A DNA stretch of 64,000 nucleotides from Antedon mediterranea (Eukaryota; Animalia; Echinodermata), in contig NC_092673.1 in the NCBI RefSeq assembly GCF_964355755.1, positions 8,866,001 to 8,930,000 of the forward strand, read 5' to 3'. A program made the position numbers and the translations under genes. The notes under the pieces were generated by a model. It was not told the origin of the DNA. It saw nothing but the letters and a program-made list of their open reading frames with translations, and did not search any database. Shown here piece by piece: positions 23,901 to 38,100 of the stretch (positions within the stretch are counted from its first letter, which is position 1; each line of letters begins with the position of its first letter).

Positions 23901-25498
23901 GCGTTAGGCTAAGGTTTGAAACTCGTTTCTGGTATTTTTTTTTGTTTGTTTGTTATTTGTTATTGGAATTTGAACTCGTTTTAAATTAAGAAATTGCGTA
24001 CTTAATACGTCGTGTGAAAGAGAAATTGTTTTTGTTTGCTGCCATCTATTGACAATAAACTTTTTTCTTTTAAAAATTGGGTTTTTTTCGCCACCGAGGG
24101 CGCACGTGTATTTGATCACCAAGAAGAGCGCGCACAGCTTATATTAATTCAAAAGAAATAAATTAATTAATTAATAAATATTAACTAACTAGAAAAATGT
24201 TGTTAAATATATTGCATATAATTTGTGTTTGGTGGTGTATAGGAACATTTTTATTGACAAAATCAGGTTTGTTTTCACAAACAATAGGCCTACCTAGCTA
24301 GGCTAGAGTAGAGTAGGTAGGCCTAGGCCAGGCCTAGCTAGGTAGGCCTAGCTAGGTAGGCCTAGCCTAGGCGGGATCCAGTAAAGTCGCCCCATCGCAA
24401 AGTCGCCCCGACAGTCACTCCAACTCAAAGTTGCCCCATCGTAAAGTCGCCCCAACGCAAAGTCGCCCCATCCCATTATCGATTATAATGTTTATCCTTG
24501 CCTAGGCCTACTAGCTAGGTAGGGAGGCCGGCGCTAATGCCATATGCACATTTTTGTTTTGATTTTTATTTTACAGGTTTTAATGGAGTAATGTGCTTTT
24601 TGAAAATCATTGAAAAATATAGTTCCTTGTTTGAAAGTTTCTAAAAAAGTTTTGAAAATGTTAATTTAATTTGATTTTAAAATTACAGTAGGCCTAGTTA
24701 CCAGAGCCACAATTACGAATCTTCCTTCAACCTACAAATGGATACCAGCTCATTTTTTAGGATAATAAAATAATCAATGTATAAATGTGATATAGTAGGC
24801 CTATTGTATAGATTAGTTAAAATAAACAGCGTTATGTAAGACAATGAGTGTTATAGGCTACTTAATGATCATTTGCATTTAGTGACAAGTATATGTCTAT
24901 TGTTATTTAATATTACAGTATTTTTATGGTTATGATTTTTCAAAATGAAGAAATAAAAAATATTCAAAAAAAAAATCTCATCGCCGATATGATTGTTTTA
25001 CAATTTTACATGGAGGTATTTTAGTAAAATTAGACGCTATATTTTGACCATGGAAAAACCATCGTACAGTATCGTGTGTGTATTTTTTAAAAAGGGGAAT
25101 CCCCGGTCAGCAGAAACATGTAGAAGCCATGGAAGGCGCATCTCCTATTGGTTTTAGAAATTGTGAGTCGCCTTTCAATCAGTGCACAATGAACAAGAAT
25201 ATCGACGCTTCGGAACCATTATGGAACCATTTTCAAGATCAAGTTATCGAAATATACAAAAACAATGGGTGACAGGAAATACTAATTAATTGGTTAATTA
25301 ACATTAAGAGGGCATACAATACTAAGAACTTAAAGATGTATTGTTCCTTGAAACACAAAAAAATGAAGGTCAAAATATTTTAAATTGGCCATACCAAAGT
25401 CACCATAATATTGAGAAAGTTGGTTTTTAGTCGCAATTGTGAGTAGATCAATAAGACCTTGTTTGTCAATTGACAAGTCATATTGCACGTTAAACAAG

Positions 25499-25735
25499 TC
25501 ATTCTAAAAAAGCTTTCTCAGCGAGGATCTTGATAGTCTCATCCAAGGGAACATTTGTAAATAGTGAGACAACATCATAAGAAACTAGCAGATCATTGGT
25601 ACCAATGGATGCTGAGTGATTGTCCTTAGACAAATCTAAAAAGTCAGGGATTTTAAAGTCATTGCTTGCTAGTGGTTTTAGTTTGTCATCCAACCATTTT
25701 GCTAGTTTATACTTAGAAGACCGACTAAGCCTAGC
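25499..25735 (-). mobile_element. Penelope-like retroelement reverse-transcriptase fragment
   Basis: Translation YKLAKWLDDKLKPL...LVSYDVVSLFTNVPLDETI matches the (F/Y)DVxSLFTNVP motif typical of Penelope-like RTs; the fragment is truncated. Confidence 0.75.
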
Positions 25736-26192
25736 TGAATATATTTTATAGAAATTTAGGATATTGGCAAAAAGAAAGTTGTGCATCCTGTTACCAACTG
25801 GTGGTAGCTAGGCTGGGGCGGTTCCAACGACATCATCATTTTAGCGGTCACTGAAACACGATGGAAAAATAGTTCTGCGCAAAGGAATTACTTCATTGAT
25901 TATGAAACCGAAGACATTGTCGCGCGTTGTAATGTTTGATGTAAGGTTCGTGAGGCTTCCATGTAATTTCACTTTTCCCAGGTATAACAAATCAATTTTA
26001 AATGGCAATAGACTACTTTACACATTATTTTTCTTTTATTCAATAAACTTACCATTGCAATGTGTTTTTTTTTTCTCTTGTTGCAATGTTGATAGAAACA
26101 TAGTTTTCTTATATACTTAAATTTCATAGATCATAGGATCAAATGGTTAGGCTTCATCGACCATTGAAATACTGTTTTCTATTGTTTTTTAG

Positions 26193-29100
26193 AATACATC
26201 ATGCGTGTTGGTTCTGTTAGATCACAGGATTGGAGTCTGACCAACAAACTTTATTTAGATGGCTTGTTCCTGGTTAGTACAAAGCTTAATTGGTTTTATC
26301 AATACTGTCTTACAATGTAGTTAGATGGCTCAGTTTGATCTATTAGTCCTGCTGCTATCAATGATTTTAACAAACATTATTATTGTTGTTTAATTAAAGG
26401 TTTGCATGATGAATAAAAATTATGCGAATAAGAATGTTTCTACATTTCGGTTGTTACTACTACTACTGTACTACTACTACTACTACAACCATCGTTTGGA
26501 GATAAACTTGATTTTTGATTTAGACGGCTTATTAGTACGGGTCTAACCTAATGTCCTTATTAAAGATTTTAACCAGCTTTATTTAGATGGCTCAATCTTT
26601 ATAAGCACGGAGCTAACCTATTTGTGTTATCAAAGATTCTAACAGACTTTATTTAGATGACACTTTTCTGATATCCCATACAGAGGTTGTTGAGTTGTGG
26701 CTCATTTGCAGTAATTAACTTTAAATTATCAGTATATCTATCTCTAACATGCTTTATATTATTACATAATGCAGAACATAATTTGTGATGCAGTAGATGA
26801 AGATGACGACAGTGTGATAGGAAACCATGCATTAAGTGAGAGTTTATTTCGCCGTGGACATACACCCACCCTACATATCTTTAATTCAACTTGGTCTAGC
26901 TATTTTCACTTTCCGAGAATAAAGGCAAGAAAATTATCATTGAATATCAAAAACTTAATAAACAAACCTAAATTTTATTTATCATGACAGTTCTTGTAAA
27001 ATATAGTTGAGGTTCACTATAATATCTCTATGGTTGGACCTCCTAATTAATATGGACACCTTAGAAACTATATTTGCTCTTTTCCTATGCACTAATTATT
27101 TTGTTATCTTACTGTATTGTTTTAGGATCAGTTCAATTGGTTCAGTAAGATTGTAATATTATCTATTCATTAAGTACACATTTTGTATAGAATGGTAAAA
27201 GTTAATTAACTGTACATGCTAAAATATAGTGATATAAATAATAATATTATTACAACTTCTTTGTCATAATTTAAATATTATAATGTTCCATTTTGTTATT
27301 ATCTACAGAGAAATGTTAGCAATGAGACTTGGATGATGACCATTCCCAGAAGCCTTCTTAGCAATTTAAAAGAGGGTAATTTGTATTCTATCAAAATTCC
27401 TTAATAATATGTATTGTAGTCCTACACAGAAAATGTTCATATTATTTGAAATCAAAGATTAAGTTGATTCCAAATATGAATTATACACAATTGGTTTTAT
27501 TTTAAATAACTGAGGAGAAGCATGTGCTGTTTTTATATTTTTCTTACAGATTTTTATGAAGAATTTAATGTTCATGCTATGTTGGACTACAAAATGGAGG
27601 TATTTACAACTAAAGCATCTCTTTTAGACTTGAATAAAGGTAAAAATTACCAATAAATCATTTCATTTACTATATTTTATTTTATAACACACCTGATTGT
27701 ATACTTGCAATTTGATTGGTCAATTATGCATCACGTGTCATTTGGAATTAGTTAAAAAAGTGATATCTAATGGCGATAATTAACACGCTCTAGGGGCGTG
27801 TTGATACAACACGCTATTACACGCATATTCAACACGCCTACATATTCACGCGCATAGCTGAGCGGCACACAACAGTCTAGGGTACAGGTGATGATAGTGC
27901 TGGTTCCGGTTCAGTGAGTAGGCCTACTGGTAGTTTGTTACAAAATATTCAACAACTGCTATGTGAAGACAAACAGTTGATCAGTACTGTCTCAACTACG
28001 ATTAGAAAACATATATTAGCTTCACTGGAGCTGATGCAATCTATTATTTCTGCTGTGTGCAAAAGTGGCAGTAAGTGAGGCCATATTGATCGGGTTACCC
28101 AAGATGTTTATGAAAGTGTTTCCTTTGACAACACTAAAATGGCGGGTGACATACTGTAACTCAAATTAAAACAAAAAATGACCAACTTATAACCGAAAAC
28201 AGTATCTTAAATGATAAACTTGATGATGTGGGAAAATAAAGTAGGCGAAATTGCCTATTATTGCATTGGGTTCCTGAAAACAACCGATAAAACACCCATA
28301 CACTTCCGCTCGAAGTAATCACTTCGTGTATTAGAGAGAAAATAGACCTGAGTGATGTCGACAGAACAACAGATTAAAAAACAAAATCTAAACCGCGACC
28401 AATAATCATAACGTTCACTTCATATATCGAGCTCGATCCGAGGTGTTTCGTAAAAAAAGAGCCCTTAAACAATGTGGTTACTCCATCACAGAAAACTTAA
28501 CCCTTCGCATATAGTAGCGTTGAGGCTGCTTGGTCTATCGATAGTGGTATTATTTGCCTATTATCAAACAAAAAAAAGTCGTCAGGTCTGAACATGATTT
28601 CCAACACCTCAAACACAACTCTTTCTAGCTAAGTACATTTACGTTTTATTTTCAACTAATAAAATTAGTATTATTTTAGATTCATTGATGGTCCAGGAAG
28701 CTAAGAGATACAACTGTTGTTTATTTATTATATCCGTAGTAGTTTAAATTTTGTTAAAGTATTCTGGATGCAGTAATGTTCTACATCCATTTGGATGTAT
28801 ACGTGACTTTTCTCAAACTTAATTGAACTCTTGGACTATCCAAACTCTAATCCATTTACTTTTATTGTTATATTTATTAATCAGTATCATATCAATCTTT
28901 TTATCTATTATTAACAAATTGTTCAACATTGACTATTGTATAATCACAAATGTTTACATTACATCATAATATTTTTTTCAGCACAAGGAATTACCTCTTC
29001 TGTATTATTATTTTATTTCACTTGAAATCAGTTATATATATAGTATTTTACCAGATTTATTACCATACTATTATAGCATTTCTAAGTAGTGACTATTACT

Positions 29101-32100
29101 ATCATTGTACCACTGCTTTTACATCATTTTTTATTTGTATTACCTTTTGCAATGTGTGTGTTTATTAGGTTGGGCAGCCAAACCAATCTCTGCAGCTCTT
29201 AAGATAAAGTTTGCTCAAATTTGTTTTTGTATTATACAGTATATATATTTATCTGTTTGTGTATCCTGTTCTATGTCAAATTTTGTACCTCGAGTGAACA
29301 TTCCGACCGACTAGCCGATTAAATATTTTTCCATTCAAGGATATGCTGATGCTTTCACAGCTAATCATAATTCTCATTTTTTAACCAACAAACCTAACAT
29401 TTCCAAATAATATCATCCTGATGAGTTTGCATGTCTCATTAACTGCTAAAAACCCTTAACTTTAAATTTATAAGCTGTTAACATCTCTTTCTTTTCCGTT
29501 TTGATTTAATTTTGATCAATTAGCGAAACTTGGCTAAAATATGACCATCCTCTTGTCCAACTTCCCAACTATCAAGTTGTTTCAATTCTTTATAAGAGAA
29601 GATCTCAATTCTGAATTATCTACCTGTGAATCCATCTTTGTAGAAATGATTAAACCCAACACAAACAATATCATCATTGGAACCATATATAGAGCACCAT
29701 CTCTTGATCCCTTACAATTCATTGATTCATCATTCATTGACTCTATTATATCCAATTTGTCCAAAAAAAAAAACTAGCTCACAATAGAAATAGGCCCTTA
29801 GAAGAACATGTGTTTGCAGTGATTAATTTCAAAAAATTGTCTTTCAATGTTTGTAGAAGCAATACTGCAATGGCATCTTGGAGAAGTATTAGATACATCA
29901 CAACTCTTAGTTACATCTATAAATGACATCAAGTTGATAACAGTTGTTAGTTCCTGTGCTCCTGATGTTGTGCTAGTTGCCGTTGCTGGCATACCATCAG
30001 GTATGTTCTTTTGAAAAACATAGAATTCATCCTTTTTATATTTTTTATAATATTTAAAATTTTTATTATGGTAATGTAAATTTGGCCATTTTTATATAAA
30101 CCTGATTTGAATTGAATCATGACTAAAAATGACACAGAAATGGTGGATGTAGATATATGATAGATGTTTTATATTATTTATTTATCTTCTGTTCTGTCCT
30201 TTATTGTTTATTAATTTATTTATTATTAACATTTCAGATACAATTTTTTTGGTATTTCAGTTTTACAGTTTTAGAAAACCTTTGGTATTAGTGCATTGTA
30301 TTACAATTTATCAATTTCAAATGTATCAAAAAACAAATCATCAACAACTTCTCAGCTCCGCAACCAAAAGCAGATTGTCACCTTTTTGTCTGGCCCATCA
30401 AATTCAAGGTGGAAACAACAATTTACATTATACAAGTCTAGAAACTACTATGATGTTTTGTGTTCATTGAATAGAAAGTATATTTTCATTTGTTGACTTT
30501 GACTTTGTCTCAACAACTGATCATTCACTATTTCTATACATCAATATCTGTATGCTTATTGCAAATTGATAAAGTTGAGACTTTTATACAAAGGTGATGG
30601 TTGAGGTACTACTGTAACACTCTGACCATCAGGTCAACAACCCCTTATCACTATTTCTCCCTACTCAATCTATTAACATTCCTAGTGGTTTCTTTCTGTG
30701 TCCCTATTTACTCTTTATTCACTTTCCTATTACCCACATCCTTTATCAATTACTGTTTCCTCATCATTAAGGAATGTTCCCTTTTCCAAATATTCCCTTC
30801 CCAGTACATGCATATTAATTAGGACCGTTCTTTAAATATGGATGTACTGGAAAGGAGAATAAGAAAAGTTGAAGGAAAATTAGAGAATAGATTACAGATA
30901 ACATCTTTGATATAGATTGGAACTTTGTAGAAGGTAGAATTTTTAGTATTGACGTGTTATATTGAATAAAAATTGTTCTGGACAAACCATATTTGCTGGT
31001 TGTATATTGAATTTAGATTCTGTGACTGTGTGACATCCTGCCACAACAGACTATTTCGGAACAAGTAACGTACAACAACAACAACCTCACACAAACACCA
31101 TATTATACTACAGTAAATCATCACTGCCTTTGTACCATATATTTGTTTTATGTTTGTAAAAATGATTCTATTTCATATTTTAGTGTTACCTATTTGCGTG
31201 TCATATGCTAATTTTATGGATCTATCAGATACATCTTGTTATGATTTGAGCCAAGCAATTTGCCCAGGTAAGTTTTTATAATTGAAGATAAAGTTTCAAT
31301 ACTTGTTCAATAACACCAAAATGCTGTTTGAACAAACTTTGATGAAAGTTTTATGTACAGTAGGTTTATTTTCAATGATGTTGATTAAAACAGTCACATA
31401 TTAAACAATATGTTCCGAAAATTTCCTCAAAACATATAATTAAAAATCATTATACTTCAGTAGATTCATTTGATTGGAGGATGTGGTGCATGATATTCAA
31501 TAAATTCTATTGAACTCTTAATTACATCATGCAATGTTATATGGTTGTTCCTTCATTTTTGTTACACTGTGAGCAACCACATGCACGGCCTAAATAGGTC
31601 TGTTATAAAACAAATAATGTTTTATATTCGCGCCACAGAATAAATAATGTCATTAAACATTCATTATCTATATATAAATTATGCTTATTTTTGGAATAGG
31701 TAGACTCAGTTACTCACCCCAGCTGTTCCATGTGTACTGCGATAGCTATATTTTATTACATTTTAGCAGGTCTTTACAATATTGTTCCTTTTTAGGAAGA
31801 TATCATGAATGGTATTTAAAACAAAATTTTGGATTTCATCGGTAGATTTTTAACCGTCGGCGGTAAAGTTAGTTCCAAGGTAACTGTTTGTTATCTGTGT
31901 CCCATTAGGACCCTGGGATATTTCTGCCCATGTTGCAAGTCGTCTAAAACATCTTCCTTAGGCCAAAATGGCCCACTTTGTTGCGAAAGTTAGTTTCACA
32001 GGATGTTTAAGTATTAATTATACCAATTAGGCCTAAGGTATTTATTTATTCCCACACCTCCCCAATAAAACATCATTTGGAATAATAATCGCCGCCCTGC

Positions 32101-35100
32101 GCACTCAAAGCAATATAATAAATGCTCCCATCCACATACATTTATACACACAAAATTATTGTATTATATTTATAACACCATTTTGCTATTTGTAGTAGAA
32201 TTCATCGGACTGTTATCTACACTTTATTCTTTTTTACCACGTTTCATATCTAGGGGAATTTATTTGATTATAAATGTTACAATATTATTGCTAACTAAAA
32301 AATGAAATGTTTCCCTTGAAAAAGCGCCTCCCTCAAATGAACTCCACCTCACCACCTCCATCCTAAAAAATCCTACCAAACAATCACAAAAACAGTACTT
32401 TAATGTTATTTATCATCTTAGACACTGTGAAACAGGTTTAGTTTTACGATTCATTTCAATAATGTCAACCACACTCCGAAAACGTCCAGGCCAGAACATC
32501 CTTCTACAACCTTTTTACCCGAGTCATTATTTAACATTCCGAGAACCATTGTCTACACTTCCTAGAGGTGGGACGAGCAAAGCAAGCTCACCCTCTAGTT
32601 TGAATAATACAGTATTATTATTAATATGACCAAAGAATGAAAAAATGGAATTGTTCATTTAATCGTGTCAAAACCTATGTTTTCTCAACAACGGTACAGT
32701 ACTTCTCATAATATTATTATGCAGATTGTTCCAACTTGATTCTATTGGATATGGAACTTACATCTACTTATCTGGTTGTCTTTACGAATTATGGAGTGTT
32801 TGTCAGTAAAGAAATTACTGATTTCTACAAAGGTTATAAATTGCAGGTATTGGAATACGTAGGCCTATTTTTTTGTAAAGAACACATTGAGTCCCATTGG
32901 TATTACTATTAAACAATGGAGTAAAATGCACAATGTCTAGCTTTGTATGCATATTATATATATTATCGAGTCATATGGCCGAGCGGTTAAGGCAGGGGCG
33001 CCGTTTATCGTACCTAAAGAGCCAACAACAACATCGGCAAGGGTTCGAGGCCGACTCGCTCCTAGTTCTGGTGGTGGAACAAGTCTTCTCGGATAAGGAC
33101 TATAAACCGTAGGTCCAGTGTACACAGTTATAACCTGTGTGTACTTTAAAGAACCCAGTTCATTATTCGAAAAAGAGTAGGGGGTTACCCCGGTGAACTG
33201 GTTCACACAATAGCCTCTGTATCAGGGGGATTACCACCTATCTGATAGGACAGTGATTAATTTACTATTGGTAATCCTTGGCCACAGTGCCTAAAGACAT
33301 AAAATAAAATAAATAAAATCTCTTAACCTGGTTTTACAACTCAGTGAAGCCAACTGCTACCCTTTGTGGCCAAGATATGGCATACAAACATAAATCTAAC
33401 TAAAAATATGCAGGTTTGTTCATTTTGACCTAATGAAACATATTTAAAAAGCCTATCTGTGTTTTTTTATCTAGTTAATGTTTAATTACATTCACATCAA
33501 TGACATAGAACAAGAAAGCTGGATTAACTATGAATTGATGCACACGTCAGAGTGTCAGTCTGCCCTCAGTGTTGGACTGGTGTCATATGGTGAGTAATGA
33601 TACAAACTTAGGTGTCTGGGCAGCTGTCTAGATACAGTAGCTAATTGTTTATAACCACATAGAATAACGGTGTCCAAAACAAAACCAATAACCATCCTCC
33701 GATCGCATAAAATCACCACCTAGTGCTGAGTATTAAGTGATTGAAGGATCTATTTTTGTTTTGTAATGTAAATGTTATGCTTATTTTCTTGTTATGCAAA
33801 AAATATTTATTTATGTGAATATGTTGGATCTTTCTGTCAAGTGAATAATTATTTTGTTGTTTCATTTTACTCCATGTGTTTACCTCCTTAGTCATAAAAT
33901 ATTTAGTTGGGCCATAAAAATGTGTATATGGAGGTGTTTATACCTCCATGCTTCATGTGTATCTGTATACATATAAAATGTCATTTTTCTGTGACAGTTA
34001 AGCCGGTATTCCTAGTACCTAGTGCATCTGATATATCAAAGGTAAACAAAAGGATAAACCCTTACGCTTGGATTATTTATGATGTATTGTTTGTTGCATT
34101 TTAAAACATGACTACGTTGTTCTTGTTATTATTAATGTTTTTATATATTTTTCCTTCAATATTAGGTTGTTTTATAAAGTAATCTTTTAAAGTTTTGCAT
34201 AATTTGTACTAACCTGTTAATATTTATTTTAAAACTTTACACTAAAATTAATGTTGATTTTGAAGGCTTGAGTAGTCAATGAAATAGAAAAAATACTAGA
34301 ACATACTGTAAATCTGATTTTGGCCTAAGGCTATAGTTTGCAGAACGTTGCTATAAAATGATCTGATGATAAAAGCCTGACTGTTAAATATAGTCCTATG
34401 CCTAAATTCATGAGGAAAAAAATTAAATCGTTTAGAAAATTTAGATTTTTATATTTATTAAAAAAAACAAATACATGAAACAATTTACATATAAAAAAAG
34501 TGATTAAAGATTTTAATAAACACCCATATGAAAGTTAGTTTACAATTTTACATTAATTGATAACATTGATATTTGAGTGATAGTCCAGTCCAGTGGGGAT
34601 TTAAAAGGGATAACGAGTGGTATAGAAATGATTCAATATAGCAGTTTAATAGAGATGTTATGTAGTTGCCAAAACAAAGTTACTGGAAATCTGATGTTAT
34701 ACTTCTAGTATCATATTTATTCAAATATAAAATTAACAATAATAATGAATAATGTCATTTTTTCAGTAATTTGCCTTTGGATTTTTGATAATAATGAATA
34801 AATAAAAAAGTATTGTTGTTCATATCAATTTGTTTGAAAGTTACTTTTGCTTGCTGAATTCACAGAAACTGAATTTATTAATATTTCATGTTTACCTATT
34901 TACAGAATGCGTTAATGAGCGTAGCACCTTACACATCTTGGATTGAAATACAATTTCCTGGATTGTATAATGTTAGCCAAACAATAGCTGTTGTTATGGA
35001 TATTGATAGATATATCATCATGGTTCTTCAAAGACTCAGAGTGAGTTTCTTACTTTTGACCTCGTCTCCTGCTAAAGGCGCAATTTTTTCTGATTATTTT

Positions 35101-38100
35101 GGATATACAAAAGGACATCCCAATATAAATAGGGGATAAGTGAATAAGTCAGTTTAATTTATTTTTAAATTTACAACATCAAAACACGTTACATTTTAAA
35201 AAGTGATGAAAGATTATAATCCATACAATAATTACAAAACTAACATATTTTTTTTCGCATTGCCGGTTTTCATTGTTTTGAACAGGGGTGTTTAGTATTC
35301 GAGTACATACAATATTTATTTTGTGTCATTTTATCAGGAAAGATTAGATGCACCCAAACAAGATTATTAACTGGTTTAATAAAGTATTAAATTGAAAATA
35401 ATTTTGAATATAAACCGACATTCTGTAACAATGAATATTAATGATCTTCAAACTTCTTTTGTTTTATTAGACATCTTACCAGGTGGTAACATTTGCCATT
35501 GAAGACCATAACTTGACCTTAAACTCGCGTCCAGTTGTACCCCCATTCATCATTCCTAATATTGATAATTCTACAAATTTGTTCAGTCTTTGTTTAACTC
35601 CCAGAACACATATTGTCTATGCAGTTGGTTCTCAGGTATGAAATGTTCATATGTTTTTCTCTAAAGCACATTTAAATTTTCTCAATAGGAATACCCAAAT
35701 TAGTTAAACTCACTATTGTGATACAATACTCCTGAACAAAATGTACAACAAGACACTTTTAAATTCATAAATATTGCTTACATACAAATATAATAGATTT
35801 ATTTATGACTATTTATTTAGTTAAGCTTGAGGACTAAGATAATTTACCTTTTTTTTTTACCTTTATTTACAGATATGGGTTTCTGATGATGCTGCAAATT
35901 CATTTACTCTGATTTTGGACCTTGTTGATGATTATGTGACACAGTGTTATTTTGATAACCAAGGCCATGATGCATACTTTGTTACTAATCAATTGTCCAT
36001 ATATTTCTCTTCAATTGGTATGGAACTTTTGTTTGCACTTTTTAGAAATGAGTAGGTCTAGTAAGATTTATATTATAGTTGTATCTTTTATTAATAAAAT
36101 TAAATGAAACTTAACTGAACTCGACTAATTATGCAACTTAATCTCCTTGCTGAAACTTAAAGACCCCTTACCTACGTTTTTTAGATCTAATTTAAGATCA
36201 TAAACTATATTTAATGTAAAAATAATTCTATATGGTCCTATTGCGATAACTTAAAAATGTGAAAAATAAGTCGATTCTAATAATTATAGCGACCCGCTAT
36301 AATTTCCAAAATGCATTGCGGGCGGATTAATATTTTTGTTTTTCTTCTGTAATTCACCCCACTTTTCGATCGATCGTAAGGGCAAAACAAATGTAAGACT
36401 CCTAACTTTTCAGCGAAAATACCAGGTTTTCCCCAATTTGTATCAATGTTTAAAAAAAAAATAGAAAGACAATTAATGCAGCAACTATACAATGTCAGGC
36501 TAGGTATATAGCTAGCGTACGATGTTTTTACGTTACCGATGTTTACCAGCTACTAGGCCTACAAAACTAAGCTTAGCTGGGCTAGGCCTAAAGATCGTCC
36601 ACGAGAGGTCATTCGCCGCAAGCTACTTAGGTAGTGCATTGTTTCTCACTTTTTATCATAATTTACGACAAGGAATGACCTGGTTTAATGTTTTTAAAGT
36701 AATATATATGTATTATTTGTACAAAACGTCACAAATTGTAGGGTAGGGATCTTTAAAGATGACCTGAAGTGAAAATAAACCTAATCTTCTTTGCTAATTA
36801 AATGATAACTGGTTAATTAATTAATGAAAGCTCATTTTGTAATTGAAAACAAGGTGTAATCTTTAATGTTATACATGTTTACTAATGGAGCTCTAAAATT
36901 TATCAGTTCAGGTCACCTTTAAAATCTGAAAATAACTTATATTAATGTAATTCTGTTACCAGGGGGGGTCACATTAGACAAGTTTTTTGTTTTAAGTCAA
37001 TGTTTTTATTTTAAAATAATAAATATGTGTTGTGCCATTTTTCCCTATAAAGTTGATGACTATAAAATGATCAACTAAACCTAACCTGAGCCTAACTGTT
37101 AAATAGTCCTATGCCCAAATTCATGAGGACAAAATAAAGTCGTTCATTGAGATACAGTTTTTCCCTTAAACATTTTAAAGGAATATGACTTTATTTTTCA
37201 TGAGATATATAGTTTTAGTGTTTTTAAGAACTTCATTTCATTATTTTGATTTAAAATCCAGATGGTTTTAAACTTTAAAAACATGCGTAGTTACTCAATG
37301 TTTTTTTGTCATTGCCAGTTGTTTGTGTATTTCCTAATTAAAGCATTTTTAAAATATTGACTTGCAGGTGTGAAGAGATCAGTTTCGCTTATAACCAATG
37401 TCCAGGCACCAATGAGTCTATATATATCACACCTAAATGAAATTTACATTATACAAATTAGCAATGCTACACATGGATTTATTACTACAACAAAACTTGA
37501 TGTAAAGAAACAGATAAAGGTGACTCAAAATTATCACAGTACATTTTGATGTTTATTTTCGTTTTTGAGATTGCACTCACGGTCACTTAACCTTGCCCTA
37601 ATGTTGATCAAGATTACTTTTTAGATTTTTTTTTCTGTACTGACAACAACATATGTCATTATTGATATAATAGTTAACATTTATTTTATGATTGATATTA
37701 TTGTTTGTGATTTTTTTGGCTTTATTTTGTTTCTCTGTGATTTCCAGTCATAATCTTAATTTGATGTTGTGTATGTAATATTATATATAGGTTAGTGAAG
37801 AAAAGATTAACTGTTCCTTATCTGCCCAATACATGACAGCTAAAAGAATTCTTCTCTTTGAGCATCAGAGTGTAATACCGTGTAACAGAAAGCTGTGCAA
37901 GTCAGACATAGGAACAATATTAACAATAAGGTACTTGCTGCTGTTCAATTTTTACAATTGCTTAATTGTAAGCCTACACATTCGGTTAGATTCCATAAGT
38001 CATCCGACTCAAATAGAAGCATAGTGTTGTTCGTGATTGAGTTATGTGAATTTGTAATTAAGGCCTCTTATTTTATTTTAACCAAACGCGTTGAATGTTG

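Noticed and set aside
30204-30496. ORFs in a CATSPERB intron as extra exons
   Set aside because: No resemblance to CatSper-beta, and the flanking exons 29857-30000 and 31184-31267 already join in frame.
32968-33060. Possible tRNA gene
   Set aside because: A and B boxes are present, but no convincing cloverleaf, and the sequence continues into a SINE body with a second copy at 57.8 kb.
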